Of a DNA stretch of 64,000 bases, positions 18,079 to 27,500 are shown one piece after another; the stretch's first letter is position 1, and every line of letters begins with the position of its first letter. Origin of the DNA: a virus. Lineage: Duplodnaviria > Caudoviricetes. The stretch covers positions 11,331 to 75,330 of IMG/VR virus record IMGVR_UViG_3300011442_000009; one strand, given 5' to 3'. The translations under genes and the position numbers were made by a program. The notes beneath the pieces were generated by a model, which saw only the letters and a program-made list of their open reading frames with translations, did no database searches and was not told the origin of the DNA.

Positions 18079-19884
18079 ATGATAAACAATATCGATTCGT
18101 TAGTAGCTTGGTCGCAGCCGGTGCTCGTGAATACGGTCCGGGGTACCCGGAACCTCTCAGTAGCCTCTCCCAATTCCTCATTCTGGCGTCTCTGGAACAG
18201 CAGCAAGCGAGAATTGCAGGACGCCGGGATCTCCTGCCGCAAGGACGGCAGTGGACAATGGGAAGTTTGCCGTTGGCAGGACGCCTCCGCGCCAGTAGTT
18301 CCCGAGCCGAAGTATCCCGCCGGTGCCCACGTCGCCCCGGTTGCCGCTCCCTGTGACCACAAATTTGTGGACAGCAACAAATGCCTCAAGTGCGACTGGG
18401 AAGCTCCTGCCAAATCCGAGCGCGTTTGGTCCGACGAGCAGAACGCCATTTTCGCCCATTTCAAAGGCGTCCAACGCAACGCAGTGGTTCGTGCCCGCGC
18501 CGGAACGGGCAAAACCACCACGATCAAAGCGGCATTCGCGCACGCCCCGGAAGAGTCGATGCTTTACGCGGTGTTCAACAAGAAAAATCAGGTCGAAGCC
18601 GAATCCGCGATTCGCGACCCCCGTGTCGACATCAAGACCCTCCACGGCCTCGGTTACATGTTCATTCGCCAGATGTGGCCCTACGCGAAGCCTGACGACT
18701 CTGTCGAAAAGGAGCGCATCGTTAAAGCTTGCGGCCAGCAGGCCCCGGACGCCGCAGTCGCTGCGGTTGCCCGCCTTGTGGGTTTCGCCAAGAACATTTT
18801 CGTCTCTCCCTCCGCCGCAGACTTGATTGAGCTCTGCGAGGACCGCGGGATTGACTGTCAGGATTTCGAAGATCTCGGCTGGGTAGTTTCCAAGCTCGCC
18901 GCATGCGCGCTGGAAGTTCTCGAGCTGTCCAAGGTGCAGGACCCGGCTGGCCGCATTTCTTTCAACGACATGGTTTGGCTCCCGGTCGCTATGTCTTGGG
19001 TGCACGCGTGGTATGAGCTCGTGGTTATCGACGAGGCGCAGGACATGAACCTTCCCCAGCTCATTATGGCCCGCAAAGCCTGCCACGAAGGCGGACGGGT
19101 TATCGTAGTGGGCGACGACCGCCAAGCGATTTACGGTTTTCGCGGTGCGGCGCAGGACGGGATGAATCTCATGGTGAAAGAGCTGAACGCCGTCGAGCTG
19201 AGCCTCACCATCACCTACCGTTGCCCGAAAAAAGTGGTTGCTCTCGCCGCTCAGCTCGTGCCCGATTATCGCGCCGCGGATGCCGCTCCTGAAGGCGAAA
19301 TCAGCTACATGGGTTCTAACGCCCTTCCGAAGTCCGTGCAGGTCGGTGACGCCATCCTGAGCCGGGCCAATGCCCCGCTGATGCCCATCTGCCTCGCACT
19401 CCTCCGCGCCGGAGTCCCTGCCCGCATCGAAGGCCGCGAGATTGGCAAACAGCTCCTCGGCATCGTCCGCAGCCTCAAAGCGAAAACGGTTCCCAACTTC
19501 CTTTTCAAGCTCAACGCTTGGGGCCAGAAGCAACGCAACCGCATCAAACAGTCAGAGCATGCGGAAGCTCGCATCGGCGTCATCGACGACCAAGTCGCGG
19601 TGCTCGTGGCAGTCGCGGAAGGCGTCTCCGGCGTGTCTGAAATCGAAGCGCGTATCTCGGAGCTCTTTCAGGACTCCAACGGCTTTGCAAAGCCTGCAGT
19701 GGTCCTGAGCTCGGTCCACAAAGCGAAGGGTCTCGAGTGGAATAAAGTTCACCTCCTCTCAAAGACCTTCAAGCCCGGCGCTGAGGGCGAAGAGGCCAAC
19801 ATTTTCTACGTGGCACTCACACGCGCCAAAAAGTCGCTGGTGTTCGTCTCCGACGAGCGCCCTGAAGATGAGGAGGGAATATGA
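18079..19884 (+). CDS. UvrD/Rep-like superfamily 1 helicase
   Basis: ARAGTGKT, DEAQD, VGDDRQAIYGFRGA, TYRCP, SVHKAKGLEW, YVALTRAK. Confidence 0.92.
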   Translation: MINNIDSLVAWSQPVLVNTVRGTRNLSVASPNSSFWRLWNSSKRELQDAGISCRKDGSGQWEVCRWQDASAPVVPEPKYPAGAHVAPVAAPCDHKFVDSNKCLKCDWEAPAKSERVWSDEQNAIFAHFKGVQRNAVVRARAGTGKTTTIKAAFAHAPEESMLYAVFNKKNQVEAESAIRDPRVDIKTLHGLGYMFIRQMWPYAKPDDSVEKERIVKACGQQAPDAAVAAVARLVGFAKNIFVSPSAADLIELCEDRGIDCQDFEDLGWVVSKLAACALEVLELSKVQDPAGRISFNDMVWLPVAMSWVHAWYELVVIDEAQDMNLPQLIMARKACHEGGRVIVVGDDRQAIYGFRGAAQDGMNLMVKELNAVELSLTITYRCPKKVVALAAQLVPDYRAADAAPEGEISYMGSNALPKSVQVGDAILSRANAPLMPICLALLRAGVPARIEGREIGKQLLGIVRSLKAKTVPNFLFKLNAWGQKQRNRIKQSEHAEARIGVIDDQVAVLVAVAEGVSGVSEIEARISELFQDSNGFAKPAVVLSSVHKAKGLEWNKVHLLSKTFKPGAEGEEANIFYVALTRAKKSLVFVSDERPEDEEGI

Positions 19885-20474
19885 TGCTAGATAAGATAAT
19901 CAGTCCGGAGCTGGCCTTTCTGGCCAGCACGGACGCCCGGCTACCGATACCCGAAAACTGGAAGCCGATACCCGAGGTGGACGGTTACGAAATCAGCGAC
20001 TTGGGTCGGCTACGGTCGATTAACAGGATCGTCGAAACCTCAGACGGCCGGTCCTGCTTCTATCGCGGACGGGTTCGAAAACTTGCTGTGATGCCTTCGG
20101 GGGAGGTGCGAATGACAAATTTGACTGTGAGTGGGGTACCCCATTCGGTAGGTATCGCTGCGACAGTTCTCACGGCGTTCGTGGGACCGGTGCCTCACCC
20201 GGGATGGTGGGCCTCCCACAAGTCGGAGAACTGGTTGGATAACCGTGTCACGAACCTCCAGTGGGCCTCGAGAGCCTCGGTCATCCAAGCGTCTATTTTG
20301 AACCAGACGAGCAATATCACGAAGCTCTCGGTAACTGACGTGCACGACATCCGGGAGCTCTATAAGATCGGTGTTTCGAAGGCGGAGATAGCTGCGCATT
20401 ACCGGGTCCACTACGATCACATCACCAACATTCTTTCAGGAGCCCGGTGGGGTTTCCTCCCGGCGAGATCTTAA
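19881..20474 (+). CDS. NUMOD4 plus HNH homing endonuclease with C-terminal HTH
   Basis: WKPIP...YEISDLGRLRS (NUMOD4); AFVGP...H...DNxVxNLQW. Confidence 0.8.
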   Translation: MMLDKIISPELAFLASTDARLPIPENWKPIPEVDGYEISDLGRLRSINRIVETSDGRSCFYRGRVRKLAVMPSGEVRMTNLTVSGVPHSVGIAATVLTAFVGPVPHPGWWASHKSENWLDNRVTNLQWASRASVIQASILNQTSNITKLSVTDVHDIRELYKIGVSKAEIAAHYRVHYDHITNILSGARWGFLPARS

Positions 20475-20476
20475 AA

Positions 20477-20616
20477 TGCGAGGCGGGTCTACAGGAGAGA
20501 CCCGCCGGTGCCCGCGTGGGATGTTTATCATCCGTTTACGGCCCACGCAGCCGCTTGTTGTGGCAAGGGTCATTAGCCCGGTGTCCCCGGCTCAGTCCGG
20601 GGTGACCCGCCTCGCA
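20477..20616 (+). ncRNA. Putative structured non-coding RNA (about 140 nt), family unknown
   Basis: Perfect 13-bp closing stem (20477-20489 with 20604-20616) enclosing four hairpins; T-run follows; strand inferred. Confidence 0.5.
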
Positions 20617-20623
20617 CCTTTTT

Positions 20624-20660
20624 CTAAATAAAGAACCCGGCCACTTGGCCGGGTTTTTCC
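20624..20660. terminator. Bidirectional terminator at the junction of the two arms
   Basis: Stem aacccggcc/ggccgggtt with an A-rich 5' side and T-run 3' side. Confidence 0.8.
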
Positions 20661-20688
20661 TTTGGTAGCGAAGGACCGTCGGAAAGCT

Positions 20689-21402
20689 TTACACAATTGG
20701 TTTGGTGATCGCGTTTAAGATCGCACCTTGCCCCGGGGCGGTCCCGGCGGTCGGCGCGGTCGGAGCCATATTCGAAACTCTCGCACCGGCGACTCGGCGT
20801 TGCGCGCTGGAGCTCATTGGCGCGACGTTTGGCGCTCCACGCCCCAACGGCGTTGGTGCACCGCTAATCCTGTCAGCAAGGGCCTGTTGCGTTGCAGACT
20901 GAGGCGCTATAGCGGCACTTCTGGCCCTCGCTGGGGTCAGGGGGGCATCGCCAGCATGAAGTATGGGGTGCGCCGGTCCGGATTTCGCCACCGCGTGGTT
21001 CACGGCATCGAAGTCAGGAGCTATGAGATTCAGTTTCCCAGCCTTGTCGGCCGCAGCGAGATCCTCCGGGTGGATGTGGAGCGCGTTATAGAGCACGCCA
21101 CGTTCGCCAGAGAGGGTCTTGTACGTCCGGAAACCGGCCTCTGAGAGGTATCCGGCGTTATCTTCTGCCACTTTGCGCTCCTCGCGGTCCGACTTGTTGG
21201 AGAGGTCATAGGACACCGCAGGAGGGCTCCCAGCGAAGAGAGCCTGAAAAGCAGGTATCTTGAGAAGCTCCGGGGGAGGCGCGGCACCCTCTTCGGCCGG
21301 GAGGGCCTCTTCAGGTATCGGAGCGGGCTGTTCGGCCATAGGGTCGACCGGGGGAGCCATTGGGGCTGCTTCCGGCAAAGGTGTAACAAGTGGTTCAGGC
21401 AT
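20689..21402 (-). CDS. Pro/Ala-rich putative virion protein (237 aa)
   Basis: ATG 7 nt downstream of the CGACTGT late-promoter motif. Confidence 0.65.
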   Translation of the reverse strand: MPEPLVTPLPEAAPMAPPVDPMAEQPAPIPEEALPAEEGAAPPPELLKIPAFQALFAGSPPAVSYDLSNKSDREERKVAEDNAGYLSEAGFRTYKTLSGERGVLYNALHIHPEDLAAADKAGKLNLIAPDFDAVNHAVAKSGPAHPILHAGDAPLTPARARSAAIAPQSATQQALADRISGAPTPLGRGAPNVAPMSSSAQRRVAGARVSNMAPTAPTAGTAPGQGAILNAITKPIV

Positions 21403-21409
21403 ACTCAAC

Positions 21410-21438
21410 ACAGTCGTGGCTAATCGCGTTCTTCGCGA
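21410..21438 (-). promoter_or_regulatory. Putative late promoter TCGCGA-N16-CGACTGT
   Basis: Matches the consensus seen at seven or more other structural gene starts. Confidence 0.55.
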
Positions 21439-21566
21439 GGCCGAACAAGCGGCTTTTCATCTTCCTCGAGGATCTTGTCCACTTCATCCCAAAAGGAATC
21501 CCTGTGGACGTCATCGCTCGCCAGCCGGGCAAGACGAGTCAATTCAACTTTTTCGCTATCTTTCAT
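21420..21566 (-). CDS. Small acidic protein (48 aa; not in ORF track)
   Basis: MKDSEKVELTRLARLASDD...; ATGA overlap with the stop of the giant gene. Confidence 0.5.
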   Translation of the reverse strand: MKDSEKVELTRLARLASDDVHRDSFWDEVDKILEEDEKPLVRPREERD

Positions 21567-24500
21567 TTTTCGGGTCTCTTCGTTATTTTGTCGGCAAGGC
21601 GTTCTGCGATGCCTTCTCGAATCATACCAGCTTTTTTGAGCTCAGTCAAGTAGGATCCGAGATCCAACCGGCTCCAGTTACGGTCGGCCCAAAGCTTCTT
21701 CTCGGCAAACCAGAGACCACCTTGGAGTGCGTCCGGGAGCACGCCCAGCTGCTCAGCGGCGTCCGCAAAAGCTTTCTGTGAAAAGAAAAAGTCTGGGTCA
21801 GTCACGGCGGCTTCGTTGCCCGGCAGAATCCGCCAGCGGTCCTGAAAACCCTCGTATCCCAACCGGCGCATGGTGCGCTGAGCCCAGACGTCAATCGTCG
21901 CGCCGTGTCCGGTTCCCACGAGGTTCTGGATGAAGTTCGAGACCTTCGGGCCTTCGACGTTCTGGAGCCAAGCGCGCGCCAAAACTTTCAACACGTGTGT
22001 CGAGTGCATCCCGTAAAGTTTGTCATTGCTCTTGCGGGGCTGGAGATCGTGCTCCTTGATCCACTGCGCCATAAAGGCGGGCTCAGTGGCTGCGCGCTTG
22101 CCTTTCACTTTCTTCGCGGCGAGCTGTTCGTCGTACCAAGTTTTCCAGCTACCATCCTCGAGCATCCGGGAGCCTTCCAGAAATTTCTGGATCTTCTCGT
22201 CGAACTGACCGGCCTTGAAGCCTTCGAGGGCCTCCATCGCGAGCTGGAAATTCTCCAGAGGTTTATTCCGAGGACTCGTCGCCGCGAGTAGCTCAGCAAA
22301 TATCTGAGCGTGCTCACCGAATTCCGCATTCAGCTTCGGCACGAAGTCGGAGTACCATTTGAGACCCTCCTTAAACGCATCTGAGTCGAAGTATTGCTTT
22401 GCAAATTCCACGAGCTTATCCGAAAACGCTTTGATCGCGGCTTCCTCGGACCCGGCCTTTTTCGCGAGAGGAGAATTTTTGATGTCGGAGCGTATCACGG
22501 CATCTGCCGTCTTCGGTTCCACGGATTCAGGATACACACGGGCCTTCTGGGCGCGCGTGAGTTGCTTGGTGATTGTGGACGGTAGCGGCTTGCCAGTCTT
22601 GAAGTACTCGGCAGCCTTTTCCTCGGTAGCGGCGTCCGGTATGAGAGGAGGTTCGCCCTTCAAAAGAGGCTTGAGTGCGTCGTGTGCGTCGCGATAGTCA
22701 GTGATCGCGGTCTCGCCGGTGCCGCCAGTTTTTACTTCCTCGCCCAGCACAGGATCCCAGATCGAAACTTGATTGTTTCGCTCCGCGAAGTCGACGGAAT
22801 TTTCACGATGCTTCTGAGAGGGTAACGCATTGACGTCCACGCTAACGCGGTTGCCATCGGGCATAGCGAAAACTCCGAGTGCGGTGCCCTTCTCGTCCAG
22901 AATTCTGCCGTAGTCGCCAAGGGCTTTGATCACGTTCTCGCGTGTGAGCTCCTCCTTCGGGAGGTTGACGCTGGCGAGTGTCACGACGTCCGTAGGAGAC
23001 TTCTTGCTGACGGTCCAGACGGTGCCGTCCTTGTTGAACGTTTGCCCAAAGTTTGCGCCGGTGCGGACCTTCTCGAGCTCCGCATCGAATTCTTTGGACT
23101 TGTAGCCGGGCGTGAACTGAACGCTTGGTTCCCGAGTTACTCGCCGCTTTCCGCCAACGTCCGAGATCACTCCATAGCCGTTTGTTTCGGCAACGTCAGA
23201 GATCGCCTTTTCCTGAGCGGGAGTTAGATCCCCTTTGGAGACGTACAAGTGGTCATCCTCACGGATCACTCGAGCCCAGCCTTTGCTGGTTTCCAAAACT
23301 CGCTGATTCGGATTAGTCTCCCGGGCACTCTCCGGCTGGGCCTCTTTCCCAAGGAGCTCGCGGGCGGTCGTTTCGTGATCTTCCGCGACGGTCTTCCAGT
23401 TGCCGGAGCGATCCAAATAGAACTTGTCTTCCCGCTTGTCGAATTCTCCCGGAGAAAACTGTGCACGGTCCCGGGTCAGAGCCCCGGACGTAGCCTGCGC
23501 GCTCATTTCAGTGGTCTCCTTCGGAGCGGAAATGAGCGGGAGATTGTCCAGTTTCTCGTGCTCGTCGTACGTGAAGAGCTGTACGCCTTCAGACTCCACC
23601 GTGCGTTTAGCTTTGTCGTCAAGCAGATGCACATCCATGTTGTCGATCTTGCCGAGGTTTGTTTTCACAAACTCTTTGATGTGTGGCGCGAGATTCTCCC
23701 AATCCCGCTGGCGCGCCTCGACGGTCAACGTGCCGTTGTTCTTGGAGTAGTTGATCCGGGCAAAACCTTTTTGGAGGGCCTCGAGGCGATTGTCTTCGCC
23801 CTTGCTCTTAACCTTCAAGCCATACTTGCTGATGACGTCGGCGTTCTCGTTCAAGTAGTCGTGGTGCCATTGGTCCCCGAGCTGCGCCATCTTGCCGTCA
23901 GGGAAGAGCCACGCCTTCGAAAAGGTGCCGCGCCCTTCTTTCAGTTTGTAATCGGGTTTTGATTTGCGCTCTTTGCCGCCAGCCATGAATTGGATCCGGG
24001 AGTCCCCGGCGCTGAACGTGCCCCGGTTCTCCACAGCTTTAACTTGGTCACCTCTGAATGCTATGTAATGGTCGGTGTTCGGCGCGAGAGCCATCCCGCG
24101 AAAACGCTTTTCGACGTTCGTCATTTTTATACCGTCGAATCCCATGGCTTCCATCGTCCGGCGAGCCAGTTCGCTACCCATCAGGTGTCCATCATATACG
24201 TCGAGGATCGCCTCGCTGTTCCCAATAGCGTGAATAGCGTCCTCGGCCGTAATTGATTCTCCGTCGAACTTTTCGATAACGTCTTCCCAGACCCTTTGGC
24301 CGTCTACGTCGAGTTTCTCGGCCTCTGCCAAAAGCGCATCATGAAGCTTTATGACCAATCCCGACTCGTTTCCATCTTCGTCGTACTTGAGTTCGAAACG
24401 AGTACCACCCTTCTTATCCATCACGACGGGATTCTCGAGCTTCAGAAAGGCCGATATCACTCGAGGAGACTTCCCCACGAGCTCGGCTCTCGCCTGTTTG

Positions 24501-27500
24501 ACAGCTTCGTCGAGGATCGCGTCGGGGTCTAGATTTAATTCGAACCCAAGCTCCGTTTTTTCGGTAGTCGGGAGCTGTTGCTCGAGCTCATCCGCTCTGC
24601 GACCAATTCGAATCTCTAAATCGGGTCCAACTCCGGCGTAGTTCCGACGGGCGTCGGAAACGTCAGTCGAAAAATAATGACCGGCACCGACCGCATTTTC
24701 GACATTCGCTTTCTCTTTTAAGAATTCGTCAAACTTGTGCGTAGTGCCGTGATACACTTCAATCGGTTGACCCTCTTCGTCAACGACCTTACTGTCGCCA
24801 AACCATTTTTTGAAGTACGGAGAGTCCGTGCCCTTCTCTTTCCAAAGCTTTTTGGCCTCGCGAATTTCTTTCGGCTTTGTCACACCGGCGGATTCGGCCG
24901 GAGAGAATTGCGCATTGGTATAGTGGTTCTCGATGATCCGGTTCTTCGCTTCATCGCTCTTCGCCGATTCGATCTTTCTGAGGAGCTCCTTTGCTTCCGG
25001 ACCGGGGCTCACGAAAATGGTATTGCGGTGCTTGGCGCTGTGCAGAATCATCCCATCTTTGTCGTCTCCGGCATAGCTGCTGATGCGGGTCGTCTCACCC
25101 TCCGCGCCGCGACGTTGCCGGGCCACTTCCTCGTCGTTCATCTTTTTGATGCCTTCGGGGGAGTGCATGAACTGAACCTTCGGCTGGGTACCCAGATCTT
25201 CGGTACCCAAGTCAAAAACTTTCCCGTCCCCAAGTTCTACCGGCTCAGCTTTGCGCACCCATTCGTCGGGTAGCACCAGATCAGTCAGGGGGCGGCCCGC
25301 TTTACGGGATTGGTCTTGCAGCATGTCGAAAACATCCTGCGGCAGCTCGACTTTCATCGTTTTGCCGCCGAAGGTCCGGGCTCGTCCCGGGTTTAAAGTA
25401 AACCAAGAACTGCCGACGCCTTCGGAGCCGCTATAAACCGGAACGGTCCTACTCTCCAATTCTGGAATTTTGAATCCTTTTTTCTCGAGAGTGTTCGAGT
25501 ACGTGGTGCCCTTCGCCGGTGCCACTCCCGGGATATCCTCGAGCGCCGTGATCTGCGCAAACTTGCCTTTGCCGATTGCAGTGAAGTCCTGATAGCCATC
25601 GAAAGTGGCGCGGTACTTTTTGCCGTCCGGTCCAGTTACTGCGATTTCGCGCTTGCCTTCGCCGGGCATGAAACTGACATTGCCCTCTTTGAGGCTATTG
25701 GTTGCCCGGCGCACTGCGCTCATAACATCCAGCCGGGAGCCTGACGGGTCTGCTCCTATCTGTTTTGCTACCTGCTGCAAAAGGTGAGTGGGCAAGGTCT
25801 CGGTAAGAGAGCTCATGTCCGCATTGTTCAGACCGGGAAGAGCGTCTACGAAAGCAGACACCGGCAATGTCCCGTTCTTCATCCGCTCGACTACGCTCTT
25901 CCGCTGTTCTTTCGTGAGAGCGGTATACTTTTCCCCGGGCATGAACCCGGCGGAGAGCGTGAGAGTATTTCCACGGAACTGCGGCACCTCGGGGGCGTGG
26001 TCCGCTTCCAAAATGCGTTCGAGGTTCAGCTTCTGGATTACCTCGATGAAAGAGGGCATCGTCGCACCCGCGGCTTTCGCAGCAGCTTCCATCTGATTGC
26101 GTAGCGGATTGACTTCCAAGATCGGTCGTCCTTCGATACCGAGCTCCTGCGCGCGTTCACCGGTAAAGGTGCCGCGAGGCTCAATCGGCTGCACCAACCG
26201 GCCCGGCATAGTCGCCGCGCTGATGTCCTGTCCTGCGATGTTCAACGGGAACTTTCCGTGACCGAGCTTATTCGTCGCGGGAAGTTTGAAATTGAAGAGC
26301 ATGTTGACGAAGTCCGCTCGATTCTGATCGAGAGCGAGAACTGCATCAGCGCGCACCGGCGGTTTGAAAAATCCACGACCCTGCGTCTCGCTAGGGACTA
26401 CCAACGGCGCACCGGAGCCCGTCGTACCGGACATCTGGTTCTGGACGAACCGCTGAGTGTCTTCATAGAGAGACAGCCAAGCGTCCTTAGTGAAAGAGCC
26501 GGTAGCGGGATCGATTTCGTACGGAGAAAGCTTCGCCATGTCCGGGTTCTTCGCCAGTACTTCCGCCAGCTTCTGTGCATTGGCGGCGAAAACTTCCGGA
26601 GCCCACCCTTGTACTTGGTATTTGCCATCTTTAGTACGTCCGACGGACTCCGGAAAAAAGGTCTTCTCCCAGAGCTTGCGCGCGTCCTCCGGCATGCGCC
26701 GGTAAAGCTCGATCATTTCCCGGCGGGTCTTCCTTTTGGAAGAGATCGCCGCGGCCGGTTCGTCTGGAGCGGAAAGGTAGTTTAACTTCATCCCGGAGCG
26801 TCCTGCAATCGCTTCCGCGGTGATGCCGAGAATTTCACGCTGGGTCTTCGATGCGCCGGGCAAAGCTACGTCAGGGGCCTCCTGTGCGAGCGTGGCGGCG
26901 CTCTGTGCGGACTGTTCTACTTCCTGCTGAGTGCGGGGAAGGCTTGCAGCGCCGCCGGTACGCGCCGGTTGAGCAGGCTGCACGACCGGTTTCTCCGGGG
27001 CGAGCTCACGACCCTGCGCTCCGACCTTTTTCGCGAGATCGAGATTGAGAGGAATTTTCAGACCTTCTGAAACGCGCCCTTCGATAGGATTTTTTCCGAC
27101 GAATTCCATCAGGTGCCCAACGGTACGAGCAAGCACTTCAGGGACCTGATTACCCGGCTTCAGGGTGTTGCCAGTGCGTTTAAACCACGCGTCGAAATTC
27201 TCAGCGGCGATCTCTCGAGCGATGTACCGTTCAGCGGACGCTTTCTGCTCTTCAGGAGTGAGAATCTCTCTCCAGTTGAATTGCACGCCCTGTTGTTCAA
27301 TGCCGTGGTTGACAACCTGTCGGATTTCAGTGTCAGAAGGCGGAGGATTGCCAGCACGACGAGCTTCGTCGTGGTATTGCGTGAGAGCATCCTGAAAAAG
27401 TTTCTCGGCGGCATCCTGACGTCCCCAGCCCGTGTCTTCCAAAATGGTCTGATGCCAGCTCTCGCCCGGCACAACTCCACCGAGTCGATCAGCGTAGTTG

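Noticed and set aside
18178-19533. Long antisense ORFs (451 aa here; also 45935..46924, 6004..6738, 29919..30749)
   Set aside because: Shadow frames of GC3-biased real genes on the opposite strand, with no motifs or expression signals.
20477-20616. SRP RNA, tmRNA, tRNA-Sec or hammerhead identity for the structured RNA
   Set aside because: None of the diagnostic sequence motifs (SRP GGAA loop domain, tRNA T-loop, CUGAUGA core) is present.
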